DNA of 55,191 bases, counting the filler, from Basidioascus undulatus (taxonomy: Eukaryota), in NCBI GenBank assembly GCA_000826855.1. It is 3 parts of 3 records of this genome, joined end to end, with 100 filler letters (N's around TTAATTAATTAA, not from the genome) between each part and the next. Parts side by side here need not be neighbours in the genome. Positions count along the whole stretch, not along the records: positions 18,416 to 36,754 come from JTLS01000470.1; 2 more parts are not named here. The stretch is one strand, 5' to 3'. Positions 23,101 through 34,514 of the stretch are shown here, piece by piece. Position 1 is the stretch's first letter, and each line of letters opens with the position of its first letter. Made by a program: the position numbers and the translations under genes. Below the pieces are notes generated by a model. That model did no database searches. It saw only the letters and a list, made by a program, of their open reading frames with translations, and had not been told where the DNA came from.

Positions 23101-24150
23101 CCATGGGCCCGCTGCTTAACGCTGACCAGTTCGCTCGGTTCATCAAGTGCGCCTTCCGCTCTGCCTCTGCTCTTAGCTTCGACTCATCGTCCCCTCTGAA
23201 ACAGGGCGATCAAGGCGCTCGGAGCGCGCGTCGAGGCGGAGCACGCGCAGCACCTGCGCGAGCGCAGGCGGCTGGAAGAGCACCAGACGTCCTACGTCTC
23301 TACGGGGGCTGTTACTGCCGCGCCCGGTATTGCAGCCAATGGCGAGATCGACTTCCAGAGCCTCGTCAGCGGCGGCGTGCCGAATGGGAGCGCAGCGGTC
23401 GCAATGGACGATGATCCGTGGGCGTCGCTAGACGCGGAGACGAGCAGTCCGGTGAGTGAAGTGGGTCTGGAGGTCACGCGTATTTGCGTCGAGGCTGAAC
23501 GTATGATGAGGGCGGGGCAGGCACCCACGCTCCAAGCGCTCACTTCCCCCCGGCCCTCCGTTACGTCCATTGCCTCTTCCTCCGTTCCCTCCACCCCCGC
23601 CATGTCTCCCAAGTCCGTCACGCGTCCGATCGCCCCATCAACGGCATCGAAATCGCTCGGCGCCCGACCACTTGCACCGAGCGCATTCAACACCTACGCC
23701 TTCGCCCCTCCGCCGCAACCCAGCCGGACGAACTCCTCAGTCTCCTCTCCCTCCACGCCCGGTCTGCCGAATTACTCGAACGGGGCGGCGTCCACCACTA
23801 CCTCCTTCACGCCTCTGCAGCCCCTCGGCTCCTCCCTCCCTCCTCTCCAACCAACTACCTCCTCACTCCCGCCGCCCCTCGCACCCTCTTCCTCCACCTC
23901 CCAGTACATCCCTCCGCAGCCTCAAAACCCGAACTACAACATCTCTCTCACCCACGCGCCTTCCATCACGCCCGCCTTCGCGGCCAGCCCTATGGCCCCG
24001 ACGTCTGCGACCCCAGCTGCCCCGCCGGGCTTCGCGAGCGGTGGGATGCTCACGCCGACGAGCTTGCCGGGCGCGAGAGGGTGGAACGGCGCTGCGGGAG
24101 GAGGGAAGGGGGGGTTCGGCGACTTTGGGGAGTTCGACCCGCTCGGATGA
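20164..24150 (+). CDS. SCY1: SCY1-family protein pseudokinase (Scy1/SCYL2-like), multi-exon
   Basis: LKREASSLTRLRHPNVLEVVEP, QKGLLQIARALQFLH, VHHNLTPEAILINAKGDWKLAG, LDYLAPEY, HEAT-like region (ILPNVFII, TKILSVKVNALICF, KIKTKEPSVM) and a Pro/Ser tail ending FGEFDPLG*. Confidence 0.92.
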
Positions 24151-24851
24151 GGGTCGGGTGGGCGGCTGATGGGGATAGACACTATCGCAGTGGTGGCGAT
24201 TTGCATCTTTACATCGGCATGATACCCGGTTTCGTTTTGGGCTAGTATTTGACTTTTGCAGGCCACAGGCTGGCGGCTACCGATGCCGTTTGAAATCTTG
24301 GTTCCGTCAGCGACTGAGGAGCGGACTGCGTGGGAGAGTCACTTGGCTTGGCTGTGTCCGGTGCGACGGACGGGTTGTGCCTGATCAGCACCAAAAGCGG
24401 CGCGTTCATGACTTGCGATTGCTCGAGATTGCCCTTACATGACAAGTGCGACGCTTCCGTTCACTGAACAGCAACGGAGTTGCTTCAACGCTCGAAAACT
24501 GAAAGGCGTCTCAACGCTCAAAAACTGGAAGGGGCGTCAGTAGGCGCGGCCCTCCACCAGAGACGTTTGATGCTGGCTGCACGGACGCCGTCGCGGATCT
24601 TTGCGATCTTTGGGAAATATTAGCGTCGAGCGCGTCCACGAGGTCGATCATAGTGCCGTCGAGCCCATGAGAAGCGGGCAGGTCGTTCCGCGACACTCCT
24701 CCCGGCATGGGTCAACTGCACCATCACGCGGCCTAATCCGTCGGGTTTCTTATTTTCCCGGCCCGACGCTCTGCCTCTTTCCCGTTTTCGCAAGGTATTT
24801 ATGCGGTGTCCTCCCCTTACCCGCATAAGCATCCTCAATTTATTAACAGCC

Positions 24852-26576
24852 ATGCCTGCCCCTTACCACCGCCGCGAGCCCTTCTCGTTCGAGACATTCG
24901 TGCACGTCTTCGACCGCGTCTTCCTCTCGCCCGCGCTCAACATCCTCGCCCTCCTCCTCACCTCCGAGCTCGGGCAGGCCAAGCTCGCGCAGTACTTCTC
25001 GAACCTCAACTTCCCGCTGAACCTCCTGCGGCAGGCAAGGCCGTGGATCGTCAGGATCGCGAAGCTCGCGGCGCTCCGCCATGTGAGCGGCGCGCTCAAC
25101 CGCTGGGCGATGAACAACGGCTGGAGGGCGGACAGGCCAAGGTGGTGGGAGGAGGTTGTCGTCATCACCGGCGGTGCGCACTTTGGCTTTGACTTGAAAT
25201 GAAATTCGCAGGGTTTTTGTTGACCACCGAGAGATGAACAGGAAGCGCCGGGATCGGGGAGCAGGTCGTCCGCATCCTTGCAGAGTACAAGGTGGGCGTG
25301 AAGATCGCCATCCTTGACCGGGCGGCACCAAAAGAGCACGTTTGTGAGCTGCTTTTCTTCATTAATAGTATTTCCCATTTTTTCACATTTCTCCGCCCGA
25401 AAGTGTCCGCCAACGTCCGGTTCTACCAAGTCGACATCACCGACGCGGACAAAGTGTCGCAGGTTGCGGCGCAGATTCGCACCGAGGTACGAACCCTTGC
25501 CCCGTCTCAACGTCCTCAATGAGTATCTGACCCTCGGATACCCGCTAATCCCAGCTTGGGAGCCCGACCATCTTGATTAACAACGCCGGCGTAGGTCGCT
25601 GGTGCGTTTCCACTCGAGGGAGACCATCCTGAGCCACCCCCGTCTCATGCCTAGATCATGCGCAGCAAGGCGCTCCTGGAGTTGACCCCGAAGGAGTTTG
25701 AGCATACGCTCAAGGTGAACGTCTGTGGTTCGTTTCCGTCACTTGAGCGAGCACTCGGCAGACCCTGAAGTGCCTTGGACATCTAACAGGCGCGTTCCAC
25801 ATCGTCCGCGAGTTTTTGCCGGCGATCGTTGCGAAGGTGAGGAGGAACTCTGCAGTCGTCTTGGATGAGCACTCGAGAAGCCTACTGGGTGCTGAATTGT
25901 GAACTTCCAGAATCATGGCCACATTGTCAACGTGTCCAGCACCGCAGCATACGTGTCTCCACCGAATCTTGGTGAGCTGGCCCGAACGCACACTGTCAAG
26001 GACTACAACCGCGCTGACAATACTGGCTATGCTTGCAAGGCGACTACTCTGCCAGCAAGGCCGGCATCCTCGCTTTCCACGAAGCTCTTTCGAACGAACT
26101 GACCTCGAGGTGAGTTGTGCTCACTCTCGTGCAAGTAGTGGCTGTCCTAACTCAAAACCGGGACTTGTGCTTCCGACAGATACAACGCCCCGAAAGTTCG
26201 CACGACCGTCATTTGTCCACTCAAGGTCCGGACAGCGCTGGGCATGGGTGCCGCGGACCACCGCAACCCTTTCATCTCCCCCGTGCAGGAGCGGTGGCAG
26301 GTCGCCCAGCGCATCGTCGCATCGGCGAGTCCCTTCTCCATTCATCTCCTCCCGGACTTTCTTCGCAGTACTAACGAAATGAGCATGCACGAACAGCTCG
26401 ACTCCGGCCTTTCGCACCACCACTTCCTCCCGTCGCACATGGGCTGGATGCTCCCCCAGCTGAGATGCTACCCCGCGTGGTACAGCAGGTTCATTATGGC
26501 CACGTCCGGCACGAACCAGTTTGCGACGAAGGAAACGGCCGCTCGCGCTGCGGCAGCGGGGTACCGCCCCGAATGA
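24852..26576 (+). CDS. Short-chain dehydrogenase/reductase with N-terminal membrane anchor (retinol dehydrogenase/17bHSD11-like)
   Basis: VVVITGGSAGIG, EPTILINNAG, NHGHIVNVSS and catalytic YSASK. ATG 24852, TGA at 26574-26576. Confidence 0.88.
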
Positions 26577-27193
26577 GGAGTTGAGGGGGATTTCGGGCTG
26601 TGTGATCTATTCATTCCGAGTAGTTACATGCATATAAAGAAGACGGGACTGTCGGAGGGAAGATTCAATGCGACATCTTTGATGTTCAGAGAAAACGCCC
26701 TCGCTCGTGCTGACCAGGATTCCAATCGCGGACTGTTGCAACAAACGGATTCCTGTCAGAAACTTCGCATAAAACAAGAATACTGAAGAAATTAGTGTTC
26801 ACTACGGTTGGAAGAACACAGTTCGAAGTAAGTTTCACAGCACCCAGACATGCGATTTCGGGTCTGGCTCCTCTGCGGAAAGACGGAGCCCCAATGAGTC
26901 CAATGAGCAACTAGTCTACCTGAAAGTGCGTCCATAAACTTCCTGTAAATCTTCGCACTCCTTGCACTTCAAGACCCACGGCGCGCTCAAAAGGCTACAT
27001 GCTGGCTGCAGGCTGAGCGAGCCTTGACGGCTGACAAACGCGTCGCTGGCTCTTGCCCTCTTTGTCCGTGCTTGGCTTTCTTCCCTTCGCTCCATCACTC
27101 CCCACCGCTTCCCCTTCTTTCTCTCCTCGCCTATCCACGCACAGTACACACCAGCACACCTCATCTCCACCCGCTGCAAGGCACCCGCGTACA

Positions 27194-28528
27194 ATGGGCC
27201 AGTCCCAGTCTCACTCGTCCTCTGCCGCCGCCCCTGCGGCCCCTGCGCCATCTTCCCCTGCCCCTGCGCCCGCCCCCGCTGCTCTCCCCGGCCGCAAACG
27301 CGCCGCCGTCGCGTGGTGGCTGGACTGGAGCGTCCCGCGCGTGCTCGAGCGGCCCAGCGCGGAGGGCGAGCGGCCGCTGAAGCGCGCGCGCCGGAGCGCG
27401 GGGGAGGAGAGGGAGGAAGCCGAGGTGGACACTCTGCTCCTGGATCGGGGCGAGGCCGGGAGCGAGACCTCTCGTTCTGTTCAGGCTCCTGCATCGATCG
27501 ACGCTGTTGTTGTATCCGAGTCCCGCCCGCTTCCGCCAGTCTCCCTCGACGCCGACACCGCTCTCCCCGCTCACCCGTCCTCTCTCGGCCCGCCGCTCAT
27601 CAGCTCTTCGACTCCCTTGCCTCCGCCCCCGACGACCCCGCCTCAGCTTGAAGGCGGGGAGGTCGTCGCCGCCCAGCAGCGTGAGGAGGGCGAGCTCACG
27701 CCGTCGCCGCCGCCTTCTCGTGCGGCGAGCCTCCAGCCGGCGCCCGCACCCAGTACCTCATCTGGCGCCGGCAAGCGCCCTTCCGAGCCGCATACTGAGG
27801 ACCGCGAGCCGTCCACTTCCATCACCCGACCTCTCACCGACCCCGCACCCGCACTCGCCCGCACCGCAAGCCTCGACGCGCTTATGGCCGCCCCTCTTGC
27901 CGACAGCTGCCCTCTCGCCGAGCGCATCGTTCCACAAGCCGGACCCTCACGTCCCTCTAAACCTCACCCGAAGACGAAGGCGAAGTCCACGAAAGCCGAT
28001 GCGGAGGACGGCGACCCGACCTGGTGGTACCGCTCGCGCTCGAGCTCCGCCTCTCCCCCCCCACCAACAGCAGCACCGCCTCCTCCGCGCCCGTCCACTT
28101 CCTCAGCCGCCGCCGCGCACCCCAGCAACAAGACCTCCCTCCTCACCCGGATCGAGATGGCCTCTTCCTCGGCACACCGTCCATCTTCCTTCCGCCGTTC
28201 GCGCTCCCCCTCTCCGCCTCCCGGCGCCGACCTGACCACCGGCCCATCCCTCATCCAGCGCCTCGGCCTCGAGCCCCCTTCCCTTGCCCCGCAGCACAGT
28301 CGTAGCCGCTCGCGCTCACCCCCCTCCTCACTGCCACCCGCGCCCGGGCGCTCCCTCCTCGACAGGATGCAGGGCCCCAGCCAGGGCCCGAGTCTCCTGC
28401 AAAGGATGGGGATGCCTGAGGGCGGGCCTCCTCGTGGACGCGGGAAGGGTAAGTGGAAAGGCCGCGGGGGCGGCGGTGGGCGCGGACGCGGGGCTTGGGG
28501 CAAGGGCGAGAGGGGGAAGGGGAAGTAG
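27194..28528 (+). CDS. Hypothetical single-exon low-complexity protein with four SL(L/I)xR(I/L/M) motifs and an RG-rich tail
   Basis: Open frame of about 444 codons from MGQSQS, with NLS-like RPLKRARR and RSRSP motifs. No recognisable folded domain. Confidence 0.65.
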   Translation: MGQSQSHSSSAAAPAAPAPSSPAPAPAPAALPGRKRAAVAWWLDWSVPRVLERPSAEGERPLKRARRSAGEEREEAEVDTLLLDRGEAGSETSRSVQAPASIDAVVVSESRPLPPVSLDADTALPAHPSSLGPPLISSSTPLPPPPTTPPQLEGGEVVAAQQREEGELTPSPPPSRAASLQPAPAPSTSSGAGKRPSEPHTEDREPSTSITRPLTDPAPALARTASLDALMAAPLADSCPLAERIVPQAGPSRPSKPHPKTKAKSTKADAEDGDPTWWYRSRSSSASPPPPTAAPPPPRPSTSSAAAAHPSNKTSLLTRIEMASSSAHRPSSFRRSRSPSPPPGADLTTGPSLIQRLGLEPPSLAPQHSRSRSRSPPSSLPPAPGRSLLDRMQGPSQGPSLLQRMGMPEGGPPRGRGKGKWKGRGGGGGRGRGAWGKGERGKGK

Positions 28529-29711
28529 GAGTGAGGCATGCGGATGGGATGGAGAGTAAGTCTGAGAGTGTGAAGTGAAGTGGACTTGTTGCTTGATGAG
28601 GGATATGCATAGCTATGTTGCTGCTGTTTGAAAGTGGTAGTGGTGCTTGTTGCTGTTCTACGCTTGCAAGGCAAGTTGAGAGTGTCGGCGACAAGATCTC
28701 GTTCACGTTTGTACCGTTCTCAGATTAAACCGCTCAGCATTCTAAAACCGCGCATGTCACCATGTTGGACACGCCTGGCCGGAGCCGACGAGGAGCACCA
28801 GGCGCAGAACAGTGCCGGCGCTGCCACAGGTGAAAAAAAGCAGCAAAGCGTGAGGACATCAAAACAGGCTGAGATGCCGTAGTTCATCTTCGCAAATTCG
28901 GGTCGCAGTTTGAATAGTGGTGGGTCCGTCGCGAGATAGTGTCACAGCCAGGGTGGGTGTCGGGGTACAGTTTCTCTGTGAAATGACGCGAGACTCAGAT
29001 GTGAAGCTGGAGAATGTGCAATGGTGCAAGAAGAATAAAATGCTGAATCTATGCATATATGGAGTCGTAGCTCAAAGGAAGGAGTTGCGAACACACTCGG
29101 CGGTGCAGGTTCGCGACCTTTCGCCTTCCTTCGCAGCAGCCGAACACCGAGTTCATGACGCGTACCCAAGCCAATCAACAAGACTTCGCTGTTTATGCAT
29201 GTTCAACCTGCTGACCTATACCCTAGTAAGTCTCATGGTTTGTCGGTCGAGGGCTGTGTCAAAGGCATAACGGACGGGCACATGTGCGGCAGACCTCAAA
29301 GGGAGCACTGCACGCGGGCGTATGAGGGGAAGATGACACATAACCCGGTTTGAATAGCCTGCCATGTGGAGTTCATTAAACACCAACATGGGCTTTCCAT
29401 GTCATAGGCGCCATTGGAGGCAAAGCAGCCTGAAGATTTTCGCGTGAAGGCTAAGTGCAATGCGATGTGATATCGGCCAGATCGTCGTAGCGCTCGCGTA
29501 TTATTCATACCGCTAGACCATCCATACACCACATTTTTTGAAAGCAACCGTTTCCAAGAAAGATCTCGTAAAGGAGAGTGGAGTCGCAGAGGAAATGGGG
29601 GTTGACTGATGCAAAACACACCGTGCCGACGCGCCAAAGCGCTCCTGCTTCATTTCCTTGCTCTAGTTTCACCCGACTCTCCTTTGATCTCCCACAGCCA
29701 CCACCTTAGCA

Positions 29712-30069
29712 ATGTCCTCTCCGACACATCACCATCTTTCCTCCCATCCGCGTCCCTCTCCACCTCCCCCTCGCACCCCTACTCCGTCGGGTCCTCCCCC
29801 TAGTCCTCTTCCTCCCCCCCCAAACTCCGCTCGGCCAGCTCGCGCTCCTCACGCCCTCCCTGATCGCGCAAGCCGCAGGCGAAGAAATCCGTACGGGCAT
29901 CCGGATCTCGCTCGAGGCGCCGCTCATCCCCGCGCCGGCGCCGCTCGGCGGGAGGCCTGCGCCGTGCAGGCGCGTGGTGAGGATCGATGAGGGAAAGGAT
30001 GGAGGAGGGGTGCATCAGCCCGTGTTAGGTGATATTGTCGAGTTCAACACCCAGGCATCGACTCAGTGA
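29712..30069 (+). CDS. Small hypothetical protein interrupted by a +1 shift in a C8 run
   Basis: MSSPTHHH...PLPPP continues in the +1 frame as QTPLGQLALLTPSLIAQAAGEEIRTGIRISLEAP...QASTQ*. The shift falls in the C8 run at 29814-29821. Confidence 0.35.
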
Positions 30070-30473
30070 GATAGGTTCACGCACTTTTCCTATCCCTGAG
30101 CATCTTCTTTTTCTTATTCCTTCCGTGCTCTCGTCCGTTTCTCAGTACCGCAAGATTGCACTTTCGAGATCCGTCAAGATCATTATGTATGTAGCATAGC
30201 ACACATTAGGAAAGAAGGGGATGCGACGGCATGCGGTGGAGCGCTGAACCGGGTGATGCGATATGGGGAACGCGTGTAGTGTAGGGGAGGAGGCGTGAAG
30301 AGTCATTGGCAAGGTCGTGAAGGTCGTGACTGGGTGGTACATTATTCAGGGAAATACATGCGATCCAGCGCCGGTTGAGCGGCGAGGTTGATAAAGCAAC
30401 AGTGGAGCATCCGAGAGACCAAAAAGGGAAATGAGAAAAGCAAAATGCTAAGAAAGCCAGACGACTGGGCAGC

Positions 30474-31841
30474 CTAGTACGCGGCGACGGTACGAGTGCG
30501 CTCAGTGTCGAACGTGCCTGGGGCCGATGCGTTCCACTGCCTGCGCAGGCCGCCGACGACACGGCGCGCGGTGTTGCGCCACCTCTGGGGCTGCCCGCGC
30601 GGCGGCTGGGGGCGCGTGTTGTTGTCGACGGTGCGCAGCGCGTCCCGGAGCATTCGGAGGGCTTCCTCGCGCGAGACGCCGACTGCCGCGGCGGGGCTCG
30701 GGAGCTGCGGGAGGCGCTCGGGGACCTTGGACAGGCGCTGGCGAATCGCGGTGAGCGTCGGGGAGCGCAGCGGGAACATGCGGAACGGCTCGGCAGGCGG
30801 GGGCGGGATCTCGATCTGTAAATCCGCTTAAGGTGGTCAGTACTCAGTCTAGTCGTCTCACGATACAGCCAACTTGCCTTCGTGGGGCGCATAACGGGCG
30901 CAGCGGGCGGCACCTCGGCGGTAGCGGCTGCGACGACGCCCGCAGCGACGATCGTCGAGGCGGCCTTCTTGGCTGCCGCGCGGCGGCGGAGGATGCCCCG
31001 GATGCAGTTGCGCATCCAGAAGATGTGCATCGGCATCACGCACGCGAGGACAATGCTCGGCACCCAGCTGCCCTGCGCGGGGCCCATCGCGCGGACAGCG
31101 TACGAGACGCCGATGTACGTGTGCAGGACGATGCGCGTGAGGAAGAAGACGGCCGCGAAGAGGTAGTCGTTCCGCATGTAGGGGACGAGGTTGCCGAGCG
31201 CCAGGAGGGACGTCGGGAGCTCGAGGACGGCGCACATGGCGAAGATGGGGGAGAAGGAGTAGGGAATGACGAGGAGCGAAAGGAGAAGGGTGTAGGCGAT
31301 GTGGTGGCTGAGATAAAATTGGAGTCAGAATGAAGGGATGGGGAGATGAAGAAGAAATGGTAACGACGCACAACCAGCCTGTCATCAGCGTGATCGCTGA
31401 CCGATAATGCAAGCTGCCCAGAACCAAGTCGCTACAGCGAACTGTCAGCTGTGCCCGCTTTCAGACCAGGAATAAGAGAAACTCACGCAAGAAGATACGC
31501 GACAAAGAAACAGCACCCAATCTCAGCCCAGCCGCCGCCATGCCTCAGCTCGCCAACGACGATCCAGTCCCACAGATACGGCACCGACGCCGCAGTCATG
31601 ACCACGCTGGAGACCGGCACCGCCACACATCCATCAGCGGGCGCGTCGCAGATGCGACTCAAGCCACAGCACCAACGGACCTCGAGGTGCCCGTCAGGAT
31701 CCAGGAGCGCTGCCGCTGTGACGGCACCTTGCCGGACGCGAGCGACGCGTAAAAAAGCGCCGTGAGGCCGGCGAAGGAGCCCGCGGTGACGGAGATGAGC
31801 TCCCAGTTGGGAGCCGAGATGGCTGAGCGGAGAGCATCCAT
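30474..31841 (-). CDS. TLC (TRAM/LAG1/CLN8) domain membrane protein
   Basis: RQRSWILT, FFVAYLLADLVLGSLHYR, GWFHHIAY, VLELPTSLLALG and DYLFAAVFFLTRIVLH, joined by GT-AG introns. Confidence 0.85.
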
Positions 31842-33394
31842 TGCTCCGCGCGTAACTGTGTGTGGCGAATGCCGAAAGAAAGAAAGGGAAACGGTCGGTG
31901 GTGGTGGTCGAGTCGAAAGGAGGTCCGAGTCGGATGGAATCGTTCGTTCAATGGGGTATCGCGGTCGAAAGGTAAACAAACTAGCGAGTGCCGCTGCGGA
32001 TATCCGTGAGGTGCAGACTAATTGCCGAGTCACTAGAGTATGGAAACGAAGCGGACGAAAGCGAACGAGGCTGGCTGGGAGGAGTGAGTGATTGGGGAAC
32101 GAGGCCCGCCAGCACAACCCAAGCGATCGGCAGCGCACGTGTAGTAACGTGTCAAAATGGTGAGGAACGCGACCGCCTCGATCGCATTGATTGGCTCTCA
32201 AACTGGCCTGAAACAAATACTCTTTTTGCGCCTTTTTCACAGGCATACGAGCGAGTTGCAGACCTGGCCTGCTTGGCTGCCTCACATACTTAATAATTGA
32301 GCTGTTCATAAGGAGACAGCGCGGCGTAACCCAGGGCCAACTGTGCACGGCCCAGATCATCCAAAACATTTTCAGGCCTCGCAGTCTTTCACCAGATAGT
32401 ACCTACTCAATAGGCCACTGGCGCGGTTGTTTCTTTCGTGAACACAGTGAATACAGGAACTTCCACTGGTTTTGGGAAGTCAAAGCTTTGGGGAGTACGT
32501 GGGTTGACGCGGTGGGCTACCTTTCGAGCACGATTTTCCCAAATTCCGATTCCCCTGAGGAAGGAAGTAGGGTTCGGTCCATACGTCTTTTCAAGTCGAT
32601 TTTAAACATCCTCACAAGTAAATGCCCTCGCTGTCTCCCAATGAGCCCAATGCCCGAGCGCAAACTGCTACGCAGTCGACCGCGGGCCGGCCGCAACGAC
32701 GCGCGTGTTTGCACGCCCCGACCCGAAGGCGGGAGGGACGGCCTTTTTTTAAATAAAAAAAAAAGGCTCGAGACATATCAGCGGAGGTGTGACAAGGAGA
32801 TGGGCTAGGCAAACCATGCCGGCCATTCATCGGCGGGTGGAAGTGTCCGGGCTTCTGACCCGCCTGACGCATGCACAGCGATTCGTATGCACCCCATGCT
32901 GAGGATCCCCATCGCCGCTCACTTGCCCTGTTAAGACCTGCTCCATCCATAGCCAATACCCTCCCATGATGGGCAACAGGCCGCTGTTGAAGTCGAAGGC
33001 AGGACGACCTGGTTAAAGTTGCGCGACCTCCTTTCGTGAGGAGAACATAATCGATCCTCTCTCCGCCTGTAACGTTGCTTGAAATATTTATTGACTCTCG
33101 TGCTAGGCACATCGGAGCCCTGCAGTATTCCAGTGCAATCAAGGGCCTCTCGAGTGTCGCTGCAAGCATATCAGCAGAGGCCAGAAAACGGGGTATGGAA
33201 AAATCGTTGCACAACCAGTCACTTCCCTAAACAGCCCTGTACATGCCCCCAGCAGCATTCCGATGTATTCAGGGACTCGTTTCACTCGCCCTGCTCGCCC
33301 TTCCCTAGGTACTCTCGATACTGCGCGTTCCCCATCCAGTTCCCGTCCTCATCACGAACCATTGGCCAGCTTGCCTCCCATCTGCGCCTATGGC

Positions 33395-34514
33395 TCAAAG
33401 GCCCCCATCCTTCGACTTTAAAGGACTGCAGGTCCCTCTCTCTGTGCTGAAAGAGCTCGTCGAAGAGCCGTGGCAGGCGGCCTGGAACCAGCTAAGGCGC
33501 TCGGCTGCTGAAAGAACTTCGGGCAAGTGGAAAGGGATACTGAGCACGAGTTCTTCGAGTTCCCTTAGCTCGCAGCGTCTGCACAAGAGTAAGAATGTGT
33601 CAGTGATCCAAGCAAACACTGGAGATCCTAAAAAGCGCACCGCAGCCGCCTGGTCGCGAACCCCGTCAATACCAATGCAGAGCTCCAGAATGCGCAGTCC
33701 GGGATGGTCGTGAATGAGACGCTCCAGATCCCTGTAGCGGAAGAACGTGTCTGGGGCGCTGAAGACCTCGAGGGTTGAGCGCTGTAGGTCGTTCAGCAGC
33801 CAGTCCACGACTTCCGGGGGATCCGATGCCGTTCGCGGCGCCCAAGAGTACAGTTCGAACCCTTTAATCTCTTTGCGCTTGAGGAACGGTCGAAACGGTT
33901 CAACTCGATCGATACATAGCTCGGTAGATTCTCATCGAGCGAGGGGAGGTAGTCGGTGCGAGCGTCAGGACCGGTGTCACTAATCATGAGGTTTCGGATG
34001 TTGCTCGAGTTTTTTAGCAGCAGTAGACATTCGTATGAGCTAGAGATATGCCCTTTGAGGAAGAGGTTTTCAAGCGCATCAAGAATGCCGATCGAAAGTA
34101 GCATCGAGACGGAAATTTGGTCAGCCAGGAGGCCGAGATAGAGGAGGTTCGGCATGTGGTGCAATAGTGCCGAGCTTTTCTGCCTCTCCGGAATGTACGA
34201 GCCCCTCAAATCCAGGGAGAGTCGACTGTACCAGTCGTATAAAAGTGAGCTTCGGCGCGCCACCGCCAACCAAAGTCCCTTGCACTCACAATACGACACC
34301 GGAAAGCCTGCCATCCTGGATCAAAGAAAGCAGGTCCTCAGAGTCGGTACGCACCTCGATCGGGACGAACAACTGGGAGAAAAGCAAATCCCGTATGCGA
34401 CTCGAGGTGCACGACAACGCGAAGAGGTCGCCGCGGTCCAGATTGGCCGCGACCTCCAAGATGGTCTCCACCGGCGGAAGGTCGACCAAAGCAGTGGTCG
34501 AGCTGGCGGTCCAT
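33395..34514 (-). pseudogene. F-box/LRR-like gene, frameshifted
   Basis: F-box LVDLPPVETILEVAANLDRGDLFALSCTSSRIRDLL is one base out of frame with ATG 34514. LRR-like blocks (MPNLLYLGL, LENLFLKG, PGLRILELCI) lie in further frames. Confidence 0.6.

Noticed and set aside
24485..24538. Imperfect 26-bp tandem duplication TCAACGCTC(G/A)AAAACTG...GGCGTC
   Set aside because: Only two copies; consistent with an ordinary local duplication.
27038..27043. ACGCGT as MCB cell-cycle boxes (also near 18144, 37244, 40723)
   Set aside because: Found upstream of functionally unrelated genes; more likely a general CGCG promoter feature.
29076..29129. Possible stem-loop GGAAGG..GTTGCGAAC..GTTCGCGAC..CCTTCC
   Set aside because: Short and imperfect, with no ncRNA boxes or Pol III signals; plausible by chance.
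32742..32767. GCC-T-run/A-run-GGC hairpin
   Set aside because: Low-complexity homopolymer pairing with no supporting context.
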